DNA of 50,264 bases from an uncultured delta proteobacterium (GCA_963808625.1 CAWEHK010000027.1:1-50264); one strand, 5' to 3'; counted from the first letter of the stretch, positions 1 through 11,480 are shown. Numbers and translations are program-made. The notes: generated by a model not told the origin, from the sequence alone.

Positions 1-1090
1 GGACGCCCTTTATGTTTTTACATTCAAGAGCGCTGCTATCTCCAGCTTTTCACGATCGACGATTTTCATACCTCTTTGGACCGCCACACTGACGGTTGGC
101 ACGGAAATCCCCAGCCTGCCGGCCAGATCGGTCAGCGACATACCCAATTCCTTTACCGCCCAAAAACATAAGAGGCTGCGGGCTCTTACGCTCTGCCTCT
201 CTTTGCCGGCTCCGGCCATGGCCTGCACCGGAATCGCTGTCAAAACAGATACCCCTTGCACCAACTGCTCAAATCCAATACCTTTGGCGGCCAATGCATA
301 TTTTTGCTGAAGCCTCTCTTTCGCTCTGGACAGTACATCCTCGACAAAATCACTATCTCCCAACATGCGCTCATCGCTCTTCTGATGGATGCCGATTTTG
401 CGCATGGCTTCAATTGCCTGCCACCCACCCGCACTGCGAAGCAGTCCACCCCCGGTGAGATCCGGACGCCTGCCTTGATCCATTCCCTTTTCCACAAATG
501 CACGATAACTCTGCCGGGCGGATGGAACGTGATCGGCAAAAAGCTTGAGGACGGATTCAGTCTCCTGCCAATCGTTTTGACTGTTTCCCATCAGAGCGCC
601 ATGGCCGCAGTATAGATATCGATCCAGTTCTTCAAGGGTTTTGATTATCCCCGCCCGCAGGGGATTGAGGTGAATGTAGCGCACCAGTTCCCTGAGATAG
701 ACATCTTCCTGACAAAGAATTGATTTGTAGCGGTTTTGAAACAGATGGCCACTTCTGTGGTGACGTCGATTGAAGCTTCCGGCATAACCGCTCAACAACC
801 GACGCATGACGGTAGCCACGGGAACATTGCCGGTTTTGAGCAATATATGAAAATGGTTGGGGATCAGTGCCCAGGCATAACACCGCGTTTGGCTCTGTGT
901 GACAATCTTACCCAGGCGATGCAGGAAATCTTCACGGTCCCTTTCGTCATAGAAGATCTCCCGGCGCTCCATACCGCGCGCAATGATGTGGTGCAGCGCC
1001 CCTGGCGCATCTATTCTGGCTTGTCTTGGCATGATGCTCTTCTATCATGTTCAATATCATGAGTAAACATAAAATATAAAGGGCGTCCCC
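1..1090. mobile_element. Y1-transposase element bounded by short inverted repeats
   Basis: GGACGCCCTTTAT (1-13) is the exact reverse complement of ATAAAGGGCGTCC (1076-1088); the transposase stop codon lies inside the left repeat; comM homology begins ~10 bp after the right repeat; left end is cut by the window edge. Confidence 0.7.
10..1032 (-). CDS. REP-associated tyrosine transposase (RAYT / Y1 HUH family) with C-terminal HTH extension
   Basis: N-terminal MPRQAR..PGALHHIIARG, HUH motif NHFH, GHLFQNRYKS, catalytic YIHLNP; C-terminal HTH (LTDLAGRLGISVPTVS). Confidence 0.9.
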   Translation of the reverse strand: MPRQARIDAPGALHHIIARGMERREIFYDERDREDFLHRLGKIVTQSQTRCYAWALIPNHFHILLKTGNVPVATVMRRLLSGYAGSFNRRHHRSGHLFQNRYKSILCQEDVYLRELVRYIHLNPLRAGIIKTLEELDRYLYCGHGALMGNSQNDWQETESVLKLFADHVPSARQSYRAFVEKGMDQGRRPDLTGGGLLRSAGGWQAIEAMRKIGIHQKSDERMLGDSDFVEDVLSRAKERLQQKYALAAKGIGFEQLVQGVSVLTAIPVQAMAGAGKERQSVRARSLLCFWAVKELGMSLTDLAGRLGISVPTVSVAVQRGMKIVDREKLEIAALLNVKT

Positions 1091-1100
1091 TATTTTTCCC

Positions 1101-2105
<1,005 letters not shown>

Positions 2106-2133
2106 GCCCCAGAAGAGGTTGGACTACCGATGT

Positions 2134-2493
2134 CTATTTCCCCATCATTGATTTCCAGGCGAAGCGCGTCAGGAAACTTTCGGACACATTTCCTTCCATT
2201 TCTCCAAACAGGCTCCAGGGCACGGTAAAGGACAGAATATCCTTACCCAGGCTTTTGCGCAGGCAGAAGCGGGCCGATATATCGGTCAGGCCAATGACGG
2301 CGCGCGGGTGGGCCTGTTCCGCCTCATAAAAGGGATAGAGCGCCACACTGGCGCACCCGGCGGCAAAAGGAACCCGCACATTATCGACGCCCGGACGGGC
2401 AAAGTTGGCAAGGACCACCAGGGCGGACAACTGAGCAGGGTCGATCAGGAGGGTGACGACTTTTGCGTTTTCCCCGGAGGTCAGGGGTTCCAA
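2134..2493 (-). pseudogene. C-terminal fragment of a DUF169-like protein
   Basis: PAQLSALVVLANF..PFAAGC..RAVIGLTDISAR resembles DUF169 C-termini; no N-terminal half or clear start. Confidence 0.6.
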
Positions 2494-2703
2494 CGATTTC
2501 CTATCCAGTCGCCGCTCGTTGTGCCGCTACCCAGCTAAGCTTTCGGCGGCAATCCTTCGCGTGCAGCTATTCCTGTTGCCGCCAGCCGGCCGTGGCTCGG
2601 TAGACTTCCATTTGGTCAGGGGTGATCAGTGAGGATTTCAATCAGCACCCGCTGCAATCCCTTCAATAGTGACAAACCTGGAAGAAAATCCGTCTGATCT
2701 TGA

Positions 2704-3204
2704 TCAATCGATTTCACCCGCGTGCAAAAGGGCAAAGTCGGCAACTGTTCTGCTCAGCCATATTCCTTTTGAGCGCATATTTTGTATGGCCTCACGCATC
2801 GATAAGGGGTAGCCGGATCGCTTCGCCTTCAGCAGGATGCCGATGGAGCCCGTCAGGGAAAGATTATGCAATCTGGCAACCCGTCTTCCCATACTCTCAT
2901 CAATGCAAACAGTATGGATTCCCTCAGCCAAAGCAAGCTGGATGACTGCAGCCTCACCCCGATCCAGAGAGTTCAAAAGGATTGGCGGGATGTCAACTGG
3001 AGATGACCACCGATGGAGCCAATCTGCATCCTCAAACTGAGGTATCGCGAGCCCCGATTGGCCACCAGCATGGATCTCCTGGCATACCTCAAAAGGGACG
3101 ACTACTCTCCGATACATATAATTCAGGATGGATAACTCGCCAACAGCAGAGACCAGCGCGATGATCGGGCCCGTATTGATAACCAAGTCTTTCGGTTCAG
3201 GCAT
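2704..3204 (-). CDS. DUF3368 PIN-domain protein (putative toxin)
   Basis: VINTGPII, LDRGEAAVIQLA, IDE..GRRVA, TGSIGILLKAK motifs; overlaps the upstream small gene. Confidence 0.85.
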   Translation of the reverse strand: MPEPKDLVINTGPIIALVSAVGELSILNYMYRRVVVPFEVCQEIHAGGQSGLAIPQFEDADWLHRWSSPVDIPPILLNSLDRGEAAVIQLALAEGIHTVCIDESMGRRVARLHNLSLTGSIGILLKAKRSGYPLSMREAIQNMRSKGIWLSRTVADFALLHAGEID

Positions 3205-3451
3205 TTTTCATATCCGTCAGGAGCTCTTCTTGGTCGAGGTCGATCATTGATGCGCCATAACGATGCAGGCTCAACAGAAAGGAAACGCGGTCCATCCCAA
3301 CAAGGGCGGCAGCCATTCCGGAAGACAGCCGTTTCAACTCAAAGAGTTTGACCGCCATCGCCATTCTTGCCTCCTGCTCAAACCCCCGTCGTGTTGTCTG
3401 CAGAGCGTCAGGGAGCGTTTCCGGAAACTCTACCGTAAGCTGCAAAGGCAT
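3197..3451 (-). CDS. UPF0175 family protein (putative antitoxin)
   Basis: AVKLFELKRLSSGMAAALVGMDRVSFL signature; GGAGG RBS before ATG at 3451; paired with DUF3368. Confidence 0.85.
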   Translation of the reverse strand: MPLQLTVEFPETLPDALQTTRRGFEQEARMAMAVKLFELKRLSSGMAAALVGMDRVSFLLSLHRYGASMIDLDQEELLTDMKNA

Positions 3452-3559
3452 ATCTTCCTCCCCGGACCTCGCGATCATTAAAAATCTGATAAGTTCCAAT
3501 TATAGTATAAAAATAATATACCGGAACCATCCAGAGAGGAAACACCCAATTGTGAGTGG

Positions 3560-3702
3560 TGGCAGAGCTCGATAAAAACTGCCCCAGCGATCCTCGCCGC
3601 AACCGTGTCTTCATAGGGCAACACAGCGTATTCCTTCTTCATCTCATCTCCACTGATGCTATCCAAACCGGCCTTCTGGGCATCAAGCTGGATCTCGGCC
3701 AA
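3560..3702 (-). pseudogene. Decayed toxin-antitoxin remnant
   Basis: [20 protein letters not shown] resembles antitoxin C-termini, fused to a PIN-like piece; cut off at the adjacent inverted-repeat element. Confidence 0.3.
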
Positions 3703-3861
3703 GAACTATCCTTTTTGACGACGTTTTACCCTGGGGGCTGGGGCGGCCCGCGGGGGGCGGGGGCGGACCAAGCCAATACCCTGAAACTCTTGATATTCAT
3801 TGAAATAAGGTCGCCTTTATTGTCCTTAGAACCCACTTTTTGCCGTCAAAAAACGCATTCT
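3702..3861. mobile_element. MITE-like element
   Basis: Imperfect terminal inverted repeats AGAActatccTTTTTGACG (3702-3720) and CGTCAAAAAacgcaTTCT (3844-3861); no internal coding capacity. Confidence 0.45.
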
Positions 3862-4008
3862 AAGACGTTCGGATTTACCCTCTTTCAGGCAAAACACTTC
3901 AGGTTAATCTCGAATCCAAATTCCAGCGAGTCTCGTTGCTATCCTCTCTGTTTTATGTCAATAATAGCTCCGGTTTTAACAACTTCCTCATTTCAGAAGG
4001 CTACTCCA

Positions 4009-5535
4009 TTGATCGCCAAGACCTACACCTGCAGCCTGCTCGGGATTGATGCCCTGCTGGTGGAAGTGGAGGTGGATCTGTCCCCCGGGTTGCCTACTTT
4101 CGCCACCGTCGGACTTCCCGACAATATCGTGCGGGAGAGCAAGGATCGGGTCAAGACGGCCCTCCAGAACAGCGGCTATCCCTTTCCCATGGAACGGATC
4201 ACCGTCAACCTGGCACCGGCTCACCTGAAAAAGGAGGGGGCAGGGTTTGATCTGCCGATCGCGGTGGGGATTCTGGCGGCCATGGGGCTGCTCGATAGGC
4301 AGATGGCCGAACAGGTGATTCTGGTCGGCGAGCTCTCCCTCGATGGCCGGGTCAAGCCGGTCACCGGCAGCTTGCCGATGGCCATCCATGCGCAAAAGAG
4401 CGGCTATGGGCAGATGCTGCTGCCCCAGGATAACGCTCTGGAAGCAGCGGTTGCCGATGAGTTATCGGTTCTGCCCGTGAAGCACCTGGCGGAGGTGGTC
4501 GGTTTCCTGAACGGGACCCAAGCCATCACTCCGGTTCGCATCGACCGGGAAGAGATCTGGAATACCCACCTCACCGAGGGCATGGATTTTGAGGAAGTAA
4601 AAGGCCAGGAACACACCAAACGGGGGCTTGAGGTGGCCGCTGCCGGCGGTCACAATGTCCTGATGATCGGCCCTCCGGGCGCCGGAAAAACGATGCTGGC
4701 GCAGCGCCTGCCGGGCATTCTACCCTGGCTGAGCTATGAGGAAGCCCTCGAGACCTCAAAGGTTTTCAGCGCCGCCGGCCTGCTGAACAACCAGCCGCTC
4801 CTGGTGCAGCGGCCGTTCCGCTCTCCCCACCATACCATTTCCGATGCCGGGCTGATTGGCGGCGGCCACATTCCGCGCCCCGGCGAGGTGAGTATGGCCC
4901 ACAATGGCGTGCTCTTCCTCGACGAGTTTCCGGAATTCCGTCGCAACATCCTGGACTTGCTGAGGCAGCCCCTGGAGGACGGGCAGGTGACCATCGCCCG
5001 CGCCACCATCTCGTTGACCTATCCGGCCCGCTTCATGCTGGTGGCGGCGATGAATCCCTGCCCCTGCGGCTATTGGGGCAGCCATGATCGACCCTGCAAT
5101 TGCGGCACCCACCAGGTGCAGCGCTACCGGGGCCGCGTCTCGGGACCCATCCTGGACCGCATCGATCTCCATATCGAGGTGCCGGCGCTGCGCTACGAGG
5201 ACCTCCGCTCGATCCAGCCCGCCGAGTCCTCAGCAGCCATCCGGGAGCGCGTGATTGCGGCGCGCGACCGCCAGATCCATCGCTACGCCCACGATGGCAT
5301 CTATTCCAACGCCCTCATGCGGCCCAAACACATCAAGAAGTACTGCAAACTCGACGGCGCCGGGGACAACCTGCTTGGGGAGGCCGTCCGCCGCCTGGGA
5401 CTGAGCGCCCGCGCCTATCACCGCATCCTCAAAGTGGCTCGCACCATCGCCGACCTCGACCACCAGGAACACCTCGCTCCCCACCATCTCCTCGAGGCAA
5501 TCCAGTACCGCTCGCTGGATCGAGCCCTGTTCTAG
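4009..5535 (+). CDS. comM: ComM/YifB family Mg-chelatase-like AAA+ ATPase, full length (copy 2)
   Basis: TTG start; [75 protein letters not shown]. Confidence 0.95.
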   Translation: MIAKTYTCSLLGIDALLVEVEVDLSPGLPTFATVGLPDNIVRESKDRVKTALQNSGYPFPMERITVNLAPAHLKKEGAGFDLPIAVGILAAMGLLDRQMAEQVILVGELSLDGRVKPVTGSLPMAIHAQKSGYGQMLLPQDNALEAAVADELSVLPVKHLAEVVGFLNGTQAITPVRIDREEIWNTHLTEGMDFEEVKGQEHTKRGLEVAAAGGHNVLMIGPPGAGKTMLAQRLPGILPWLSYEEALETSKVFSAAGLLNNQPLLVQRPFRSPHHTISDAGLIGGGHIPRPGEVSMAHNGVLFLDEFPEFRRNILDLLRQPLEDGQVTIARATISLTYPARFMLVAAMNPCPCGYWGSHDRPCNCGTHQVQRYRGRVSGPILDRIDLHIEVPALRYEDLRSIQPAESSAAIRERVIAARDRQIHRYAHDGIYSNALMRPKHIKKYCKLDGAGDNLLGEAVRRLGLSARAYHRILKVARTIADLDHQEHLAPHHLLEAIQYRSLDRALF

Positions 5536-5620
5536 CAAGAGGATACGGGTCACACCTGCCCCATTGACACGCCTCGGCCCACTGTCGCGTAACAAAGGGA
5601 ACGACGGTGGAATTAAGCAC

Positions 5621-5685
5621 AAAGAGCGGCTATGGCCGGATGCTCCTGCCGCAGGATAATGCGCTGGAAGCAGCGGTCGCCGATG
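5621..5685 (+). repeat. Third, ~65-bp comM fragment
   Basis: Encodes [21 protein letters not shown] and matches 4395-4459 with mostly third-position differences. Confidence 0.85.
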
Positions 5686-5766
5686 GGTCAGCAAAAGCCC
5701 GAGGCGCGGAAGCGCACGTAATTGACGCTCGTACACCTGGGCGAAAGTCCGTTGCGGGTTTGCCTT

Positions 5767-5794
5767 GTAGGGGCGACCGGCCGGTCGCCCCTAC
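5767..5794. repeat. GTAG-type REP palindrome
   Basis: GTAGGGGCGACCGGCCGGTCGCCCCTAC, a perfect 28-bp palindrome. Confidence 0.85.
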
Positions 5795-6364
5795 GAAAAC
5801 TGGATCAGACTGGGATGGAACCGATGAAAAACTTTCGCCCGTGTGTACTAGACCTGGCTGCGCCAAAGAGGCTCCGCAAAGCGGCCGTTGCGGCTGTGGC
5901 CAACCGAAAGCCGGAGATGCCTGCAACCGTCCCAACCCCACCGCTGCCGACGCGCAACGACGCGACCAGGGGCGAGCCGGAGCATGGTGTGCATGAGCCT
6001 GACGGCAGACACCGCCGGCGGAAGGCTCAATGGCCGAAGGATCGTAGCGTCTATGACAAGGATCTGCGCAACCTTTATGAGTTCAGAACCCAGCTCGCTC
6101 ATATCTGCATGGTAACCCGGCATGGGACCGGGATCGCGATTTTGGTAGAGTATCGGAGGATCTGGCAAGAACTTTACTCAAATAGGCAAACGCCCGAAGG
6201 GTCAGCATGCTATATTGTCACCTGCGGCGCCGACTATGCGGCGCAATTAAAATCTATCATTGCCGAAATGTGTCTGTCTTTGTCCCGGCGGAAGGTGACC
6301 TGACCGTTGCTCTTTGTGAGAAGGCCGGGACCACCATGCTGGCTCGGCTCTAATGGAGGCTAAC

Positions 6365-7091
6365 ATGCATAGGGAGAAAAGGGAAACTCACGGTCCTGAT
6401 GAACGGGCAAACCTCACCCGACGAGAATTCATAAAAGGCATCGGGATAGGGGGAGGCGCGCTGGTGCTGCTCGGCCGATTTGGAATCCATGCGGCGGCAT
6501 GGGCCGATTCGGGAAATCCTGTCCTTAAGATGGTTCTGGTCGATTACGGCAAATGCACCGGGTGCCGGACTTGTGAAGCGGTCTGTTCGATCGCACAACA
6601 GGCCTGTGACCATCGGCGGCGAGGAACTGCCCGGACTCGGGAATCCCCGCTATTCAAACATTCGGGTCGAAAGCTTCAACCCCGACGTGGATGTCCCGAA
6701 TGTGTGCGCCATGTGCGCCGATACACCCTGCGTCAACGCGTGCCCGGTCGAGCCGGACCCCAAAACCGGCAGGCGCGCCCTCTACCGGGATGAAGCGACT
6801 CACACCATCCGCAACGATCCCGTCCGATGCACCAGTTGCGGGAGTTGCGCCGAAGCCTGCGCTGCGCAAAGAACCGGGGTAATCAGCCCCGACTCCGCAA
6901 CGGGCAGGCCTGAGCGCATCTGCACCCTTTGCGGCGGTGATCCACAATGCGTAAAGTGGTGCCCCTTCGAGGCGCTCTCGTATGTCGAGGTTCGACCTGA
7001 TGGGAAATTTTACGGCCTTGCCCCTGAAAAGATAGCGGCTGAGCTGGCCAAGAACTGGTACGGCACGGCTGATTTCGGAGGTTTAAAATGA
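6365..7091 (+). CDS. Tat-signal 4Fe-4S dicluster (DmsB/HydN-like) subunit; apparent frameshift near 6590
   Basis: TRREFIK twin-arginine motif with hydrophobic stretch and AWA; CTGCRTCEAVC in the first frame continues as SHNRP..CAMC..PCVNACP, CTSCGSC, CTLCGGDPQCVKWCP in the second. Confidence 0.85.
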
Positions 7092-8890
7092 GCGGGAAAC
7101 CCGGATACCACGGCGTAATACTCGATATCGACCTTTCGAGCGGGAAGATTGAAAAGGTGGCCCTCGCCCCCGAAGACCTCGACAAATTCGTCGGCGGGCG
7201 GGGTCTCGGAATGAAAATCCTTTGGGACCGCCTGAAAAAGCCCGGAGTTGACCCGCTTTCTCCTGATAACCCGCTTATCTTCATGCCCGGGCCATTTTCC
7301 GGGCTCCCGGTCCCGGCCGCGTCCAGGACCTGCGTGGTTACCAAATCTCCCATGACATCGCCGGTAAGATCCGATTACCCCTGTGCCTCGACCGTTTCCT
7401 ACTCGAACGTGGGCGGGTTTTTCGGCCCCGAAGTCCGATTTGCAGGCTATGACGGAATCGTGATTACAGGAAAGGCAAACGAGCTCTGCACTGTCATGAT
7501 CGACGACGGCAAGGTGGAAATCCGCGACGCCAAAAAGTTCAAGGGCATGCGGACGGACGCCTTTGACAGGGCAATCCTGCAGGAACTTCGGGACCGGAGC
7601 TTCAAGACGATCTACATTGGGCCGGCTGGGGAAAATCTCGTCCCGTATGCCAGCATCATTCATACCTCGGCGCGGGCGGCAGGTCGGGGTGGGGTTGGCT
7701 GCGTCATGGGTTCCAAGAACTTGAAAGCGATCGCGGTGCGGGGGTCCGGGCAGCCGGGCGTTGCCGACCATAAGCGGTTTCTTGCCGCCCTGGAAAAAGC
7801 CAGGCTGGCTCTCAAGAACTCCCCCGCACAAAGGCGATGGGTGGAGCAGGGAACGGCAAGCGCCATCGTCCGAAACAGTAATGCCGGGACCGAGGCGGTC
7901 CGGAATTATCGCGAGGGCACCTTCACGGAGGCCGACAAAATCGGCGGCGATGCTGCAAAGCGCGATGTATGGGTAAAAAACAATGCCTGTTACTGCTGCC
8001 CGCTGGCCTGCAAGAAAAGCGGGCTTACGCGGGGTAAATACGGCGGCATCGTCCATGACGGCCCCGAGTATGAAACCGGCACGATGCTTGGCTCAAACCT
8101 TTTAATATCCGATATGGCCGGGATGCTGAAAGCGATCTACAACATCGACGATCTTGGCCTGGATCAAATTTCGACCGGAAACGTCATAGGATTTCTTATG
8201 GAAGCCTATGAGAAAGGGATGATCGATCAGAAATTTCTGGATGGGATCGATCTTAAATGGGGAAGCGTCGATGCAACGCTTGCGATGATCGATAAGATCG
8301 CCTCCCGGGACGGTGTGGGGGACCTCGCCTCCAAAGGTGTGAAGGCCCTTTCCCGGCAGATCGGGCAGGGGAGTGAAAAGTTTGCCATCCACGTGAAGGG
8401 GCATGAGCTGGCCGCGCACAATATCCAGGCAAATCCGCCAAGAGGGCTTTGTTACGTTACCGCAAACAGGGGAGCGTGCCACCTGAACGGAGATAACATT
8501 GCCATGCAGAACACGCGGGCCATGCTCGATTCAACCGGTCTGTGCCTTTTCCCCGCCCTCGAAACGGCGCTCGATGAGCCGACACTGGACCTGCTCAGCG
8601 CGATAACCGGCCGCGAATACGACAAAACAGAGTTCATGAAAACCGGCGAAAGGGTTTTCAACCTGGAGAAGCTGTTCAATTACCGCGAGGGTTTTCGCCG
8701 TGAAGATGACCGGCTTCCCGATCGCTTTTTCGAGGACGCCTTCACCATCGGCCCGAAGAAGGGCGCGGTGCTCGACCGGGACCAGTTCGACGCCATGCTC
8801 ACCCAGTACTACAAAGATCGAGGATGGGACCCGGACACCACTAAGCCGGGTGAGTCCAAGCTAAAGGAACTCGGCCTGGATTCTATCTAA
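7088..8890 (+). CDS. aor: Aldehyde:ferredoxin oxidoreductase (W/Mo AOR family)
   Basis: GGRGLG, KSPMT, IGPAGENLV, AGRGGVGCVMGSKNLKAI, CYCCPLAC, GPEYET, DDLGLDQIS, RGACHL, DDRLPDRF. Confidence 0.92.
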   Translation: MSGKPGYHGVILDIDLSSGKIEKVALAPEDLDKFVGGRGLGMKILWDRLKKPGVDPLSPDNPLIFMPGPFSGLPVPAASRTCVVTKSPMTSPVRSDYPCASTVSYSNVGGFFGPEVRFAGYDGIVITGKANELCTVMIDDGKVEIRDAKKFKGMRTDAFDRAILQELRDRSFKTIYIGPAGENLVPYASIIHTSARAAGRGGVGCVMGSKNLKAIAVRGSGQPGVADHKRFLAALEKARLALKNSPAQRRWVEQGTASAIVRNSNAGTEAVRNYREGTFTEADKIGGDAAKRDVWVKNNACYCCPLACKKSGLTRGKYGGIVHDGPEYETGTMLGSNLLISDMAGMLKAIYNIDDLGLDQISTGNVIGFLMEAYEKGMIDQKFLDGIDLKWGSVDATLAMIDKIASRDGVGDLASKGVKALSRQIGQGSEKFAIHVKGHELAAHNIQANPPRGLCYVTANRGACHLNGDNIAMQNTRAMLDSTGLCLFPALETALDEPTLDLLSAITGREYDKTEFMKTGERVFNLEKLFNYREGFRREDDRLPDRFFEDAFTIGPKKGAVLDRDQFDAMLTQYYKDRGWDPDTTKPGESKLKELGLDSI

Positions 8891-9006
8891 TTTAATCGTA
8901 TAGATCGTATGGGATCGTATAGGAATTCGCTTTTTTTCTCAATGAAATTAATTGGGTCGTGATAGAGGGGTAGGTGGACCGAGAGTAGGGGGAGAGGTTA
9001 GAAGCA

Positions 9007-9800
9007 ATTGATCGGAACACCTTTCGTCAGATATTCGAGGATCATTGGGACGAGTTCAAAGAGCGCCATCAGCCGTATGCTGGAGGGTATTACGAAGAGG
9101 TGGTGCAAAAGATGTTGGGGTGTGGACAGGAAGCGGGAGGATACAGCGCATACCTGTGCACGTGTTGCCGGAAGGACATGCGGCGGATTGCCTTTACGTG
9201 CAAGAGTTGCTTTTGTTTGTCGTGTTCCAAAGGATACACGGATGATTTTATGGCGCAGGTCAGTCGTGTCCTGCAGCCTGGAGTGAGATACCGTCATATG
9301 ATTCTGACGGTACTTGAGCAACAACGGCTTGTCTTCTATCGGGATCGGCATGAGGGGAAGCTCTCGTCGGCACTGATGCGTTGTGGGTATGAGTGTCTTG
9401 AAGATGTGGTGAGCCGAGCGGTGAGGCAGGAGGTGAAGATTGGAGCGATCGTTGTGGTGCAAACTCATGGTCGGTCCGGGCACGATAATCCGCATCTTCA
9501 CATTATCATGAGCAGTGGAGGGATCAACGAAGAGACGGGTAAGCGGGTGGGGTTGGGGTGTTTCCCGTATGTGATCATCCACAGGAAGTGGCAATATCAT
9601 CTCTTCAAGATGCTTTAGGAGAGGGTTCCGACGACGGAGATGAGGTCCTTGATTGATGCTCTCTGGAAGAAGTATCCGAGAGGACTTGTTGCCCATGTGA
9701 CCAAAGGAAAAGTTCCAGAGCAATGCCGAGGCTTGGCCAAATACCCGGCCAAATATGTCGCCTCTCCTCCGATAGCCGTAAGACGGATCATCGGCATCCA
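9007..9800 (+). pseudogene. IS91-family (Y2 rolling-circle) transposase, degenerate
   Basis: FRQIFEDHW, Zn-binding CTCC..TCKSCFCLSC, HMILT, HUH NPHLH, YPAKY; in-frame TAG at 9616-9618; truncated near 9800. Confidence 0.85.
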
Positions 9801-9950
9801 AGAAACCCCACCGGATTATCCTGTTCTACGGGTATCTCACCGAGGAGAGAAAGACGTGGCCCGGCAGGAGATTGACCGGTATCTGAAATTTTTTGGGGAC
9901 ACCAAAGAATTTCAAAGGGTTGGCTTGCGAAAAGCGAGCTCTTTTGTTGT

Positions 9951-10307
9951 TCAAAGGAGATCGAAGACGATCTTCAAAGCCTTGTCGATCTCGTTCATTT
10001 TTTGAGGGTCCAGTTTTCCTCGAACTTTCACCAACCTGAAACGGTGATCGATTGGACGAGTTTGGAGACAATCGACGATGGATTCCTTCGATAGTCCGTT
10101 CGTCGGGGAAGGAGAGACCTGGACATTTGTTCTTATCCGAGCCTTTGTGACACTCCATGCAGTTATGGGAACAACCTGAATAACTGGAACTCGTTCGTTA
10201 TAAACGTCGTTAGTCACAATCACGCACGGGCGAGTTTTTCCAGTTTCCGATCCCTGGGCAGGATCGAGATTTATGTCGATCACCATTCCGCGTCTTAGCT
10301 TTGTCAT
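9951..10307 (-). CDS. mazF: MazF/PemK endoribonuclease toxin
   Basis: LDPAQGSETGKTRPCVIVTND..VVPIT..QTRPID. Confidence 0.92.
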   Translation of the reverse strand: MTKLRRGMVIDINLDPAQGSETGKTRPCVIVTNDVYNERVPVIQVVPITAWSVTKARIRTNVQVSPSPTNGLSKESIVDCLQTRPIDHRFRLVKVRGKLDPQKMNEIDKALKIVFDLL

Positions 10308-10540
10308 TCAGGCCACCCGGACATTGCAGAATGGGTCATGTCCTGAAGTTCGGCATCGCTTCGGTACAGCTCGGCATATAGCTCAGCCGACTCTTTGAGG
10401 TTTTCCCGTTCCAGCTCTTGTATGAAGCGATTCAGCGCTGCACGCACCATTGAGCTCTTGTCCTTGAATCCATATTTTACGTGGTCCTTCAGGAACCCAA
10501 CTTGCGTCATTTCTATGCTGAGTTTAACCTGTGGCATCAT
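10304..10540 (-). CDS. Putative RHH/CopG-type antitoxin
   Basis: 78 aa, 4-bp overlap with mazF, KSSMVRAAL helix, acidic C-terminus. Confidence 0.75.
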   Translation of the reverse strand: MMPQVKLSIEMTQVGFLKDHVKYGFKDKSSMVRAALNRFIQELERENLKESAELYAELYRSDAELQDMTHSAMSGWPE

Positions 10541-10554
10541 AGCCCCCTTCTGAG

Positions 10555-10614
10555 GTCCTTAAAAAAGCCCCGATTTTAGGGACTAAGTATATACCCATGG
10601 AGGATGCCTGTCAA
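10555..10614 (-). promoter_or_regulatory. Sigma70 promoter and operator of the mazF operon
   Basis: Minus strand TTGACA (10614-10609), 17-bp spacer, TATACT (10591-10586); inverted repeat GTCCTTAAAA..TTTTAGGGAC at 10555-10583. Confidence 0.75.
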
Positions 10615-11174
10615 TTTTCGGGAACGGCTCTCCCAAAGTCCTATCGGGGAAAAATGCCGTCTTCGCAACTGGGACTCTGCGGTGTGTAAATCCCTGCACG
10701 GGAGCATCTCCAACTCCTGGACGGTTGCCCCATAAGGCGCTCTTGAAAGAAGATGATCTGGTCCTTGGCGTCAAACCCCACGCTCACGAAAAGGATCAAT
10801 GGAGAACTCTCGGAATCAAAATCCGAGAGCCCGTTGGTTGGTCAAGGCAGCAGGGTTTAGTGACGCGGGGGTGCTTGGTGATCTGTGGCGGGAGTCATTC
10901 GGTGGGATGAGACGGTCGACGGCCGGTTGAGAGGGGGGCATCTTGCGCTGTCTTGTGGTGTATTCCGGAAAGAAGAGGAAAAGCTTCGGTGTGCGGCCCG
11001 AAAGGGCTTTTCTGCCGGGTGAAGGCTTTAATGATGCCAATTTTGTTAAGGGTGTGCGCCAGCAGCTTTTCCCTGGAGGATCGCTTGACGGCTTCCAGGT
11101 GACGGACCACGGCATGTTCGACGATGTTGGCCAGGGTCAGGCGAATCATTCCATAGCCGGCATTCCTGCACGAG

Positions 11175-11231
11175 CGATTTACTGAAACGGGACGTTATTT
11201 GATCATCATTGTGCATGAGATCAATGATTGA
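11175..11231 (+). pseudogene. C-terminal remnant of a DUF4258-like toxin
   Basis: RFTETGRYLIIIVHEIND* directly upstream of a YgiT-type gene, the usual partner position. Confidence 0.5.
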
Positions 11232-11243
11232 GAGGTAGCCAAT

Positions 11244-11480
11244 ATGTACGGTTATCGATGTGAGTATTGTGAAGGTACGGTCCAACCTCGCACCGTAAAG
11301 CGTGAGGCATTTAAGCATAAAAACGGCTCTATCATTCTGGAAGACATCGACATTGGAGTCTGCAATGAGTGTGGAAACCGGTACTATTCTGCGGACATTC
11401 TTCATGCTGTCCAGAACATCGCCACCGGAGTGAAAATTCCTGAACAGATGCAAGCAGTTCCAGGCGCTCACGTATCATAG
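11244..11480 (+). CDS. YgiT-type zinc finger (MqsA N-terminal-like) protein
   Basis: CEYC...VCNECGNRYY; GAGG RBS. Confidence 0.8.
   Translation: MYGYRCEYCEGTVQPRTVKREAFKHKNGSIILEDIDIGVCNECGNRYYSADILHAVQNIATGVKIPEQMQAVPGAHVS

Noticed and set aside
3556..4008. 151-aa N-terminal extension of ComM in the ORF track
   Set aside because: Family homology starts at LIAKTY (4009); the extension crosses a MITE and a TA remnant.
4395..5685. comM fragment as a diversity-generating retroelement template/variable repeat pair
   Set aside because: Differences are mostly synonymous and not adenine-specific; no reverse transcriptase in the window.
9800..9900. Integron integrase fragment or attC-type cassettes around the TA genes
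   Set aside because: Resemblance too weak; no integrase and no recognisable attC structure.
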